A stretch of 64,000 nt of DNA, taken from positions 388,059 to 452,058 of the forward strand of contig CAWFND010000008.1 in NCBI GenBank assembly GCA_963817095.1, in the 5' to 3' direction. The position numbers were made by a program, and so were the translations under genes. The notes under the pieces were generated by a model. That model was not told the DNA's origin, did no database searches, and saw only the letters and a list, made by a program, of their open reading frames with translations. Positions 28,949 to 38,059 of this stretch are shown here, one piece after another. The stretch comes from an uncultured Chloroflexia bacterium. Its GTDB lineage: Bacteria; Chloroflexota; Limnocylindria; Limnocylindrales; CSP1-4. The first letter of the stretch is position 1; each line of letters opens with the position of its first letter.

Positions 28949-30658
28949 TCAGGCTTTCACCCGGAATGTGTCGGCGCCCACTCGGTCGGACAGGAGCTTC
29001 GTGGTGCCGGCCGCATAGATCCTGACCCGCACCGAGTAGGTGCCGAGCGCACGGGTCGAGCTGACGTAGAAGGTCGTCTTGAACGTCCGCGTCACCGCGG
29101 CCTTGAACGAGACGTTCTCGTACGCCTTGCGGAACACGATCGTTCCCTTCGGGTCGTAGATCCAGACCAGGACGCGCGCCGTCGTCACCTTCGAGGCGCG
29201 CGCGCTGACCGTGATCGTCTCCGTGTGTCGCCGGGCGATCACGCTCGGGCTCGCCGTCGCGCTTCGCGTCCAGGTCGTGGGGACCGGCGGTGGCGGGCTC
29301 GATGGTGGGGGGACGACCGGCGGCGGGATGACCGGCGGTGGGCTCCCCGCCCCGAGGCCCAGTCCGCCCGATGCGTAGTAGGCAGCCGCCCGCTCCCGGA
29401 AGTACCCGCCGTCGTCGTCGGCCGACAGGGATGTCCTGGCGTTGCCGTTGATCGGCGCAGGGTTCGTGACGCCGTCGTTCTGGGCATCGCAGGCGCAGGT
29501 CGTCCCGTCGGCACCGCCTCCGAACAGAAGGGCGATCACGCCTGCATCGCGCCACATGGCGAGATGCGTGCCACCCGGGTCCTCGAGGAACCACTCGGCC
29601 CGATTGTCCTGGTAATGACCCCAGGTGTCGTTCATCGCCCGCATCTTCGTGTTGCCGAGAGGGATCTGCCAGACGACTACACGGTGCCCCGTGACCGCGA
29701 CATAGCCGGCGATGAACCGGGCGTAGCGGACGAAGTCGGCGTCATCCCAGGCCGACGCACCGCCGTCGCCGTAGATGAGCCGCTTGAACGACGCGTCCCG
29801 GTCCGCGATGTCGGTGAACGTCAGGTCGAATGACGCGCCGAGCGACCGGTAGAACGCGCCGGCCCGACTCGCCAGGGCGTCGACCTGCGCGTCGGGGCTG
29901 TTGGAGTACGCGATGTCCCAGTTCGTGCCCCACACGGACAAGTGATAGGCGAGCAGGACATTCGGCGCGAGCTGGTCGCGCAGCCGGACGATCGCTCGGG
30001 CGAATCCGGCTGCCGTGTTCGGGAGACCCGCGAGGGCTGCGTCGCCCGAGCTCGCCACCGATGCCGGGATCTGCGTGGCGTCGTCGTTCGTGCCGGTGGC
30101 CTGCTCGATGTACCCCCACAGGTCCGGCTCGACATGGAGGATGACCGTCGCCGACCCCGCAGCCCGCTGGAAGAACAGCCGCATGTCGGCGTACCAGGCC
30201 GCCATCGTCGACGGGTTGGCCAGGTTCGACAGGTCCTTCGCCTTCTCGTCGGCACCCGTGGCGGGAGTCGACTGGAGGAGCATGTAGTACGGGAAGACCG
30301 GGACGAACCCGTGGTCGACGGAGTCCTGGGTGTACAAGCTCACGAACTGGCCGTTCGGGTTCCAGGTGGACCAGCCATTGCCCGTGTTCACGCCGCCCGC
30401 GAGGTACTGGTAGCGGAACTTGAATGGGGCCGACCCATGCAGTGCGGCGGCACCGCCCGGCGCGTCGGCCAGACCGAGCTCCAGCCGGTCGGATGGCCAC
30501 GTCGGCGGCGACGCGGGAAGCGAACCGGCCGCGTGGACCGGTTCGGCCGATGGCGCCACAGCGGTGACGGCAACGATCAGTGCGACGGCAGCGAGGATCG
30601 GCAGACGACCGATGACGGGACCCTCCAGTGCCCGGGAATCGTCACCGGGCCGAGCCAA
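28949..30658 (-). CDS. secreted protein: unknown catalytic-looking domain, Pro-rich linker, C-terminal beta-sandwich-like domain
   Basis: ORF 28949..30907 is intact. The probable TTG start at 30658 precedes a signal sequence (RLPILAAVALIVAVTAVAPSAEPVHA). The linker is PPPVIPPPVVPPPSSPPPPVP. A glycoside-hydrolase-like domain is only a guess. Confidence 0.55.
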   Translation of the reverse strand: MARPGDDSRALEGPVIGRLPILAAVALIVAVTAVAPSAEPVHAAGSLPASPPTWPSDRLELGLADAPGGAAALHGSAPFKFRYQYLAGGVNTGNGWSTWNPNGQFVSLYTQDSVDHGFVPVFPYYMLLQSTPATGADEKAKDLSNLANPSTMAAWYADMRLFFQRAAGSATVILHVEPDLWGYIEQATGTNDDATQIPASVASSGDAALAGLPNTAAGFARAIVRLRDQLAPNVLLAYHLSVWGTNWDIAYSNSPDAQVDALASRAGAFYRSLGASFDLTFTDIADRDASFKRLIYGDGGASAWDDADFVRYARFIAGYVAVTGHRVVVWQIPLGNTKMRAMNDTWGHYQDNRAEWFLEDPGGTHLAMWRDAGVIALLFGGGADGTTCACDAQNDGVTNPAPINGNARTSLSADDDGGYFRERAAAYYASGGLGLGAGSPPPVIPPPVVPPPSSPPPPVPTTWTRSATASPSVIARRHTETITVSARASKVTTARVLVWIYDPKGTIVFRKAYENVSFKAAVTRTFKTTFYVSSTRALGTYSVRVRIYAAGTTKLLSDRVGADTFRVKA

Positions 30659-30776
30659 TTCGTCATCCCCGACAGTCGTCCCGGTTGCGCCCGTACTCCG
30701 TGCGGCGGAGGGTGCGCGCCGGCACCGGCCGTTCGGAGATCGCGTCTGGCGCACGGCCCCCCGGCCGGAACCTTGC

Positions 30777-30923
30777 GTAATGACGCCCTGGGTTGCACTA
30801 CCCGCCCACAGCGCGTCGAAACGAGCGGCGCGCGCGTTCGTTAGCCGCTGGCGGCAAATTCTCGTCCGATCCCGGTCCCGATGAGGCGATCGGGCCGCAC
30901 AGTGCAAGCACGGGCGTCATTAC
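30777..30923. repeat. 147-bp element bounded by 23-nt inverted repeats (19/23 match)
   Basis: GTAATGACGCCCTGGGTTGCACT (30777-30799) pairs with AGTGCAAGCACGGGCGTCATTAC (30901-30923). Confidence 0.55.
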
Positions 30924-31005
30924 ACAATTCCAGGCCGGCGACGAGGAGCTGGACGGCGACGATGAACCAGGCACCGGCGAGGAGCCGCGCGCCGGCGAGG
31001 AGCCG

Positions 31006-31150
31006 GGCCAAGCGCCAGAGCTCGACTGCGTTCGTCGCGCCCGGGCGGTCAGGCGAAGGCGCGGCCGAGCACCGGAGCGAGCGCACCTGAGGGTGCGTGA
31101 GCGAGGAGCGCAGCCGGCAACGCAGCCATCGGCGCCCTGGCGCGACAGCC
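31006..31150. repeat. structured intergenic repeat, copy 2 (homolog of 1296..1442)
   Basis: It shares the 37-nt block ACTGCGTTCGTCGCGCCCGGGCGGTCAGGCGAAGGCG, then GAGCACCGGAGCGAGCG, GTGAGCGAGGAGC, CAACGCA and the right terminal repeat CCTGGCGCGACAGCC (31136-31150). The left terminal repeat is degenerate. Confidence 0.75.
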
Positions 31151-31169
31151 GAGATTCCTGCCGCGGAAT

Positions 31170-31202
31170 GGAAAGACCCGGGTCGGCTGACAACCCGGGT
31201 CT
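31170..31202 (-). terminator. intrinsic terminator of gene 31256..31684
   Basis: On the minus strand, AGACCCGGGT-loop-ACCCGGGTCT is followed by TTCCATT. Confidence 0.5.
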
Positions 31203-31255
31203 GAATCGCGGCTGGTTCGGCGGACCCTGGGCAGGCCCGCACCGAGAGGATGGGT

Positions 31256-31684
31256 TTAGTAGGCGCTCCCGCCGCGCTGGCTGCGGAAGCAGTCAGAGCA
31301 GTAGACGGGCTTGCCGCTGGTCGGGCGGAAGGGGACCTGGGCCTCGCGGCCACAGCTGGAGCAGGTGGCGCTGAACATCTCGCGCGGCCCGCGGTCACGG
31401 TAGCCACCGCCACCACCACCGCCGCCACCGTAGCTGCTCCCACCGTCGCTATAGCCGCCGCCGCTGCTGCCGCCGGCCGAATAGCCGCCGCCGGCGCCGT
31501 AGCTGCCGTAGCTGCTGCTGCCGCCACCGCCGCTCGCGTTCCGCGCAGCCTTCCGGCTGGCGCGGCACGACGGGCAACGTCGCGGCTCGGTGAACCCACG
31601 CTGAGCGTAGAAATCCTGCTCACTTGCGGTGAACACGAACTCCTGGCTGCAGTCAGCGCAGGTCAGGTTCTTGTCGTTGTACAC
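31256..31684 (-). CDS. zinc-ribbon protein with Gly/Ser/Tyr-rich linker (two CxxC...CxxC modules)
   Basis: ORF 31256..31684 has an N-terminal CADC...CPSC module, a long GGGSSSYGSYGAGGGY low-complexity linker, and a C-terminal CSSC...CSDC module. Confidence 0.7.
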   Translation of the reverse strand: MYNDKNLTCADCSQEFVFTASEQDFYAQRGFTEPRRCPSCRASRKAARNASGGGGSSSYGSYGAGGGYSAGGSSGGGYSDGGSSYGGGGGGGGGYRDRGPREMFSATCSSCGREAQVPFRPTSGKPVYCSDCFRSQRGGSAY

Positions 31685-31891
31685 GAAACGAAAACTCCTC
31701 TCGGTAGCCGCGCGATCCCTCCGGGTTTTCTCGCGTCAGCCGTGAGAGGAGTCCGAGTCGTCGTTGAGCTACGTCTGTTCTTGCCGTGGACGCTTCCACG
31801 GCGCTTCCGCGCGGGAGTCTAGACGACCGGCGACGGACTTGTACAGAGGTATTTTCGTCGATCTGGCCCGATCACGCCGTCGCGTGCGCGA

Positions 31892-33394
31892 TCAGGGCTC
31901 GGAGGCCCAGCCTCGGGCACGCTCGACGCCGCGCTTCCAGGCGCGGTAGCCGGCGTCCCGGCGCCCGTCGGAGACGCTCGGCTCGAACCGTCGCTCCGAC
32001 CGTCGGACGGCCGCGATCTCGCCCGGATCCCGCCAGACGCCCACCGCGAGACCGGCCAGTGCCGCCGCGCCGAACGCTGTCGTCTCGCGCACGACGGGTC
32101 GGTCGACCGGCCGATCGACCTGGTCGGCGACCATCGCACAGACGAGGTCGCCGGCGCCGCCGCCGTCGATTCGCAGCTCGGTCAGCCGGCTCCCGAGGTC
32201 GGCGTCCATTGCCTCGACGACGTCGCGGACCTGGAACGCGATCGACTCCAGCGTCGCCCTGGCGATCTGGGCGCCGGCGCTGCCTCGGGTGAGGCCCAGG
32301 ATCGCGCCGCGCGCATCCGGATCCCAGTAGGGCGCACCCAGCCCGACGAAGGCCGGGACGACGACCACGCCGCCGCTGTCCGGGACGGAACCGGCGAGTG
32401 TCTCCACCTCCGCGGACGTCGCGAACAGCCCCAGCCCGTCGCGCAGCCATTGGACCGCCGCGCCCGTGACGAAGACGGAGCCCTCGAGGGCGTGGACGAT
32501 CGGCGCGTCGGGGCCGAGCCGCCACGCGATCGTAGACAGGAGACCGTGCGCCGAACGGACCACGGTGTCACCCGTGTTGACGAGGAGGAACGCGCCGGTC
32601 CCGAGCGTGACCTTCGCCTCGCCCGGATCGAAGCAGGCCTGACCGAACGTCGCAGCCTGCTGGTCGCCGGCAGCGCCCGCGATCGGGATCGGCCGGCCGA
32701 ACAGCCCGGGGTCGGTCTCGCCGTAGAGCTCCGACGAGCTGCGGACCTCGGGCAGCAGCGCGCGCGGGACCTCCATCAGCTCGCACAGGTCGTCGTCCCA
32801 TTCGGCGCTGCGGATGTCCAGGAGGAGCGTGCGGGAGGCATTCGAGACGTCGGACACGTGGACCCTGCCGCCGGTCAGTCGCGAGATCAGGAACGATTCC
32901 ACCGTCCCGGCGGCCAGCTCGCCGCGCACGGCTCGCGGCCGGAGCGACGCATCTTCGAGCAGGATCTGGCGAATCTTCGGGCCGCTGAAGTAAGCGTCAA
33001 TGGGCAAACCCGTCCGCTCTCGGACAAGCGTCTCGTGGCCGGCAGCCCGGAGCGTCTCGCAGAACCGCGCGGTGACCCGGCTCTGCCAGACGATCGCATC
33101 GGCGACGGACCGACCCGTGGCGCGGTCCCAGACGACGGCCGTCTCGCGCTGGTTCGTGACCCCGATCGCGGCGATCCGCTCCACTCCGCCTGCGGCTGCG
33201 ATCGCCTCGCGGGCCGTCGCGAGCTGGGCAACCCAGATCGCTTCCGGATCGTGGCGGACGTCACCCGGCCATGGGAAGCGCTGCTCGAACTCGCGCTGCG
33301 CCATCGCGACGATCGTCGCGTCGCGGTCGAAGACGATCGAGCGGGCGCTCGTCGTGCCCTCGTCGAGGGCGAGCACGAGATCCGCCGCGGCCAT
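31892..33394 (-). CDS. glpK: glycerol kinase
   Basis: 500 intact codons from the ATG at 33394 in ORF 31892..33661 (LALDEGTTSARSIVF, GVTNQRET, GAAGDQQAA). Its ATG overlaps the glpD stop (ATGA). Confidence 0.9.
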   Translation of the reverse strand: MAAADLVLALDEGTTSARSIVFDRDATIVAMAQREFEQRFPWPGDVRHDPEAIWVAQLATAREAIAAAGGVERIAAIGVTNQRETAVVWDRATGRSVADAIVWQSRVTARFCETLRAAGHETLVRERTGLPIDAYFSGPKIRQILLEDASLRPRAVRGELAAGTVESFLISRLTGGRVHVSDVSNASRTLLLDIRSAEWDDDLCELMEVPRALLPEVRSSSELYGETDPGLFGRPIPIAGAAGDQQAATFGQACFDPGEAKVTLGTGAFLLVNTGDTVVRSAHGLLSTIAWRLGPDAPIVHALEGSVFVTGAAVQWLRDGLGLFATSAEVETLAGSVPDSGGVVVVPAFVGLGAPYWDPDARGAILGLTRGSAGAQIARATLESIAFQVRDVVEAMDADLGSRLTELRIDGGGAGDLVCAMVADQVDRPVDRPVVRETTAFGAAALAGLAVGVWRDPGEIAAVRRSERRFEPSVSDGRRDAGYRAWKRGVERARGWASEP

Positions 33395-35022
33395 CAGGCG
33401 ACCGCGAACTCGCGCCGTGCCTGCTCCAGGTACGACACGACCTCCGTCGACTGGCGGTCCGCGTCCCAGCCGAGCTCGGTGCCGAGGATCGCCGCGACGC
33501 GTGGCGCGATGGCCTCGCCTCGATCCGGCAGCTCCTGGACGAGTCGGGTCCGGCGCGCGAGCACATCGTCGATCGACAGCGCGAGCTCGCGACGCGCCCC
33601 CCACGCGATCTCCGCCTCGATGAGCTCCTCGCCGGCGGCGATCGGTCCGAGCAGGTCGCACTCCCGGCCGAGCTCAAGGACGTCGGGTGCCTCGGTGCCG
33701 TGCCGCGCGACGAGGCGATCGACGGTCGCGCGATCCAGGCCCGAGCTCGCGGCCAGGTGGGCCGCGAGACGATCGAGGTCCGGCCGGTCCGCGGCGCCGA
33801 CGAGCCGGCGATCGACGGTCCCGCTTGGCCGTTTCGCGGGGCGCTCGAGGAGAACGCCGAGCGCGGCATCGACGGTCTGCTCCGCCATCGCCCGGTACGT
33901 CGTGTATTTGCCGCCGCTCACCCGGACCAGGCCGTTCCGCTCGACGACGACTCGATGCTCACGCGACGCCTTGATCGTCGACGCCTCGGCACCGGACGGC
34001 GCGATCAGCGGGCGAAGACCAGCGTAGGTGCCCACGACGTCCGACCGCGTCAGGTCGACGTCGAGGACCCGGTTCACCGCCTCGAGCAGCTCGTCCACCT
34101 CCTCGTGGCCCGCGGTCGGGCGGTCGATCGGGCCGTCGTACGGCGCGTCGGTCGTGCCGATCAACCAGTAATGGGGCCACGGCACCAGGAACACGACCTT
34201 GCCCGGGACACGGATCGTCAGGCCGACGTCGCTCGGGATGCGGTCGCGGGCGACCACGAGGTGCGCGCCCCGCGAGGGGAGCAGCCGCGTGCCGCCGGAC
34301 AGCGGCGACGCGGGATCGGCGCCCCAGACGCCCGTCGCGTCGATGACCGCGCGTGCCCGGACCTCGACCTCGGCATCGCCGAGGACATCGCGGACCCGGG
34401 CGCCGACAACCCGACCGCCGTCCTCCATGAGCCCGTCCACGTGCGCGCGCGTGACGACGGTGGCACCGTCCGCCTGCGCGCTCCGGGCGACGGCCAGCGT
34501 GTACCGCGCGTCGTCCTCCATGCCGTCGTGGAACATCAGGCCGCCGCGGAGCCGTTCCCGGCGCATCCGTGGGGCATGGGCGAGGACCTCGTCGACCGAC
34601 AGGTGTCGGTGCCAGCCGCCGTCAAGCCGCGCGCCGAGCACGTCATACAGCGTCATTCCCGTCTGGTAGAAGACCCGCGTCGCGACCGGCCAGCCGAAGA
34701 GCGGGAACAGAAGCGGCTGGATCGTGACAAGGTGCGGCGCGAGGTGGAGGACTCGCGACCGCTCCCGGAGCGCCTCGCGGACGAGGCCGAACCGGTACTG
34801 CTCCAGGTAGCGGAGCCCGCCGTGGATCAGCCGTGACGATCGCGACGACGTGCCACTTGCGATGTCGTCGCGCTCCACGAGGCCGACACGCAACCCGCGC
34901 GTGGCCGCGTCGAGGGCGGACCCGCAGCCGACGATCCCGCCGCCGATGACGAGGACATCGAGCGGGCCGTCGGCCAGGGCTGCCAGATCGCGCCGGCGCT
35001 GCTCGAGCGGCGCCGCCGTCAT
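33394..35022 (-). CDS. glpD: FAD-dependent glycerol-3-phosphate dehydrogenase
   Basis: ORF 33394..35022 is intact, with VLVIGGGIVGCG and SSRSSRLIHGGLRYLEQ. Confidence 0.9.
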   Translation of the reverse strand: MTAAPLEQRRRDLAALADGPLDVLVIGGGIVGCGSALDAATRGLRVGLVERDDIASGTSSRSSRLIHGGLRYLEQYRFGLVREALRERSRVLHLAPHLVTIQPLLFPLFGWPVATRVFYQTGMTLYDVLGARLDGGWHRHLSVDEVLAHAPRMRRERLRGGLMFHDGMEDDARYTLAVARSAQADGATVVTRAHVDGLMEDGGRVVGARVRDVLGDAEVEVRARAVIDATGVWGADPASPLSGGTRLLPSRGAHLVVARDRIPSDVGLTIRVPGKVVFLVPWPHYWLIGTTDAPYDGPIDRPTAGHEEVDELLEAVNRVLDVDLTRSDVVGTYAGLRPLIAPSGAEASTIKASREHRVVVERNGLVRVSGGKYTTYRAMAEQTVDAALGVLLERPAKRPSGTVDRRLVGAADRPDLDRLAAHLAASSGLDRATVDRLVARHGTEAPDVLELGRECDLLGPIAAGEELIEAEIAWGARRELALSIDDVLARRTRLVQELPDRGEAIAPRVAAILGTELGWDADRQSTEVVSYLEQARREFAVA

Positions 35023-35276
35023 CGAGCGCCGCTGCCGGGCCCGGGCCCGGGTCGCGTGATCCGCCAGAGGACCCCGGCCGTGCCCACGATGAGGATCAGG
35101 ATCAGGAGAGGAGTCCGGAAGACGACGTCCCCCACGACGGGCGGCAGGAGGAAGGTGATGACGGCGGCCGCCAGAACGACGAGGACGGTCAGGCCGCCGA
35201 TGACGAGCGCCTCGCGGAGCCCGGGCGTGCGGCCCGCGGCGGTGGCGCCGTCCGGCCGGCCGTCGCCGTCAGCCAC
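35019..35276 (-). CDS. small membrane protein (85 aa)
   Basis: ORF 35019..35276 has two hydrophobic helices and is translationally coupled on both sides (overlapping start and stop). Confidence 0.4.
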   Translation of the reverse strand: MADGDGRPDGATAAGRTPGLREALVIGGLTVLVVLAAAVITFLLPPVVGDVVFRTPLLILILIVGTAGVLWRITRPGPGPGSGAR

Positions 35277-36087
35277 GGTCGGCCTCGAGCGGGATCCCGA
35301 TCGGCGCGACCAGGACGCGACCCGCCAACGCCTTGCCGTTCCGGGTGAGCAACCCCGTCTTCGGACGGTGGAAGGTGATCGTCAGGTCCGCGCGGACGGC
35401 CGGGTCCGACGGGTCGCCGGAGGTCAGGTCGACCGCCGTGGGGGTGTCGACCGCCAGGACCGGGACCATCGACCCGCGGGCTCGGTTGACGAGCTCCACC
35501 GCCGACCGGATCGGCTCGCGGAGCAGGCCGTCGACACCGGTGCCGAGGAGCGCGTCGACGATGATCGACGCCTTCTCGATCCCGTGGGCGAGCGACTGGA
35601 CGTCCCGGGCGACCGGGGCGTGGACGATCGTGATCCGCTCGTCACGGACGATCCGGTCCCAGTTCCGGGCGGCGTCCGGCGTCGACGGCCGGGCATCCGG
35701 CGCGATCAAGGCGACGATCACCTCCGCTCCGGCCGCGGCGAGCCGTCGGGCCGCCACGAGACCGTCGCCGCCGTTGTTGCCGGGACCGCAGAGGATGACG
35801 ATCGGCCCGTGACCCCAGCGGTCCGTGTCGACCGCGAGCGCATGAGCGGCTGCTGCGACGGCGGCGCCGGCCTGCTCCATCAGCCGCTCCCCCGGGATCC
35901 CGACGGCCTGCGCGCGGCGATCGGCTCCGGTCATCGCGGCCGCGCCGATCGGTGGACGGGCGGCTGCCGCGGCCCAGCGGCTTCGCAATCCGCGCAGGTC
36001 GAGCTCGAACAGCTCGGGATCGTCTGCGGGCAGCGGCACCTGCGACGGGTCGGACGCGGGTCGCGCTCGGGGGACGGTGGGCATCAC
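35269..36087 (-). CDS. NAD(P)H-hydrate epimerase (YjeF N-terminal domain only)
   Basis: ORF 35269..36087 has ILCGPGNNGGDGLVAARRL and DALLGTG motifs. No fused dehydratase domain is present. Confidence 0.75.
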   Translation of the reverse strand: MMPTVPRARPASDPSQVPLPADDPELFELDLRGLRSRWAAAAARPPIGAAAMTGADRRAQAVGIPGERLMEQAGAAVAAAAHALAVDTDRWGHGPIVILCGPGNNGGDGLVAARRLAAAGAEVIVALIAPDARPSTPDAARNWDRIVRDERITIVHAPVARDVQSLAHGIEKASIIVDALLGTGVDGLLREPIRSAVELVNRARGSMVPVLAVDTPTAVDLTSGDPSDPAVRADLTITFHRPKTGLLTRNGKALAGRVLVAPIGIPLEADRG

Positions 36088-36126
36088 GGCCGAAGCGTAT
36101 CGCGGATGTCGGGCGGCGCGGATCGA

Positions 36127-37041
36127 TCAGGCGGTGGCGAGCCGAACCCGTCGATCGTCGGTGGCGTCGATCTCGACGAGCCCGTCGCGCGCAAGGGCGT
36201 GGATGGCCCGGGCCACCGCCCCCGCGTCGTGGTCGCCGATCGGCTCGTCGATCGCGGTCCACGCACCGTCGTCCGCGGCGCGCAGGCGGTCCACGATCCG
36301 GCCCCGGAGCCAGCGGGTCGTCGAGGTGAACGCCGGGGCGGGCACGGTCGACGTTCGCCCGCTCGTCGCACCGTCGACACGGTCAGCGTCGACGCGCGCC
36401 CAGCGGCACCAGGGACTGAGCGGGCACTCCGTGCAGAGCGGCCGGCTCGGCCGACACACCGTCGCTCCCAGATCCATCACGGCATGGGTCCAGTCGCCCG
36501 GTCGTTCGCGATCGACCGACGCGTCGGCCGCGGCCTGGGTCCACGCCTGGCGGGGCGACGGCGCGTCCTTGCCCGTCAGGGCTCGCCCGAGAACCCGTCG
36601 GACGTTCGTGTCGACGGCGCCGACCGGCTGCCAGAACGCGATCGACGCCACGGCTCGCGCGGTATAGGGCCCGACGCCCGGCAGTCGCTCGAGAGCGGCG
36701 ATGTCGTCGGGCACGCGACCAGCGTGCTCGTCTCGGATCATCTGCGCCGCGCGCCGGAGGTTCAGCGCGCGGCGGTCGTAGCCCATGCCCTGCCAGGCAC
36801 GGAGCACGTCCGCCGGTGACGACGCCGCGAGCGCCTCGACCGTCGGGAAGCGGGCAAGGAACCGCTCCCACGCCTCGACGACGCGGCCGATCTGCGTCTG
36901 CTGCGCCATGACCTCGGACACGAGGATCGCGTAGGGGTCCCGGCTCGAGCGGAAGGCGAGGGACCGCCCGTTGGCGTCGTACCACTCGAGGACGGCGGCA
37001 CGCGCCTCGGCCGCGAGTCCGACGGGATGCTCGGCGTCCAT
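36127..37041 (-). CDS. mutY: A/G-specific adenine DNA glycosylase
   Basis: ORF 36127..37041 has the HhH-GPD motif (LPGVGPYTARAV, DTNVRRVL) and the 4Fe-4S cluster loop CRPSRPLCTECPLSPWC. Confidence 0.85.
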   Translation of the reverse strand: MDAEHPVGLAAEARAAVLEWYDANGRSLAFRSSRDPYAILVSEVMAQQTQIGRVVEAWERFLARFPTVEALAASSPADVLRAWQGMGYDRRALNLRRAAQMIRDEHAGRVPDDIAALERLPGVGPYTARAVASIAFWQPVGAVDTNVRRVLGRALTGKDAPSPRQAWTQAAADASVDRERPGDWTHAVMDLGATVCRPSRPLCTECPLSPWCRWARVDADRVDGATSGRTSTVPAPAFTSTTRWLRGRIVDRLRAADDGAWTAIDEPIGDHDAGAVARAIHALARDGLVEIDATDDRRVRLATA

Positions 37042-37064
37042 CCCTCCGAGCGTACCATCGGCCG

Positions 37065-38048
37065 ATGCCCGATCCGGAGCCCACCGCGGCCGCGCCCGCC
37101 GGCGCTCGTCACCCCGTCCGGATCGGTGCGGCGTTCTGGGTCCAGCGGACGGACTGGCCGTCGCTCCGGGACGCGGTCGTCGCCGCCGAGACGGCCGGTG
37201 CCGACGACCTCTGGATCGATGATCACCTGCTTGCCGACGAGGGCGATCCGGACGACGGCAAGCTCGAAGGCTGGTCGACCCTTGCCGCGGTCGCCGCCGT
37301 CACGACGCGCGCGCGGGTCGGCCTGCTCGTCGCGGCGAACACGCTCCGCAACCCCGGGCTCACTGCCAAGCTCGCGGTCACCGTGGACCACATCAGCGGC
37401 GGGCGGTCGATCCTCGGGCTCGGCGGCGGCTGGTTCGAGGACGAGCACCGCGCGTTCGGGATCGACTTCGGGACCGGCTTCGGGGAGCGGCTCGACCGGC
37501 TGGCCGAGGCCGTGCCGCTCGTCCGGCGCCTCCTCGACGGCGAACGGGTGACGGCCGCGGGCCGCTTCTACACGTTCACGGATGCGCTCGCGACTCCGCG
37601 TCCGCTCCAGCCGCGGATCCCGATCCTGATCGGCGGCTCCGGACCGACGAAGACGCTTCCCCTCATCGCGAGCCACGCCGACCTGTGGAACGCCTACGGC
37701 TCGCCGACGAGCATCGCCGCGAGCGACGCGATCCTGCGCGACCGCTGCCGGGCGATCGGGCGCGACCCCGACGAGATCGAGCGGACCGTCAATCTCAACG
37801 TCGTCGTCCGCTCCACGGCCGCCGAGGCCGATCGCGTCTGGGCGACGTATGTCGCGACTCACCATCCCAGAGAGGGCGAGGGCCGCCTGCTCGTGGGCGG
37901 GCCGGTCGAGCGGGTCGCGGCGGCGCTGGCGGGCTATGCCGCGGCCGGCATCCGCCACCCGATCCTGGTCTTCCGCTCTCCGTGGGACCTCGAGACGATC
38001 TCGGCTCTCGGCGCCATCCGGGACACGCTGGCGGCGATGGCCGCCTGA
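37065..38048 (+). CDS. LLM-class (luciferase-like) flavin/F420-dependent oxidoreductase
   Basis: ORF 37065..38048 is intact, with typical LLM segments (LWIDDHL, LGLGGGWFEDEH, ILIGGSGP). Confidence 0.8.
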   Translation: MPDPEPTAAAPAGARHPVRIGAAFWVQRTDWPSLRDAVVAAETAGADDLWIDDHLLADEGDPDDGKLEGWSTLAAVAAVTTRARVGLLVAANTLRNPGLTAKLAVTVDHISGGRSILGLGGGWFEDEHRAFGIDFGTGFGERLDRLAEAVPLVRRLLDGERVTAAGRFYTFTDALATPRPLQPRIPILIGGSGPTKTLPLIASHADLWNAYGSPTSIAASDAILRDRCRAIGRDPDEIERTVNLNVVVRSTAAEADRVWATYVATHHPREGEGRLLVGGPVERVAAALAGYAAAGIRHPILVFRSPWDLETISALGAIRDTLAAMAA

Positions 38049-38059
38049 GGATTCTGCCC

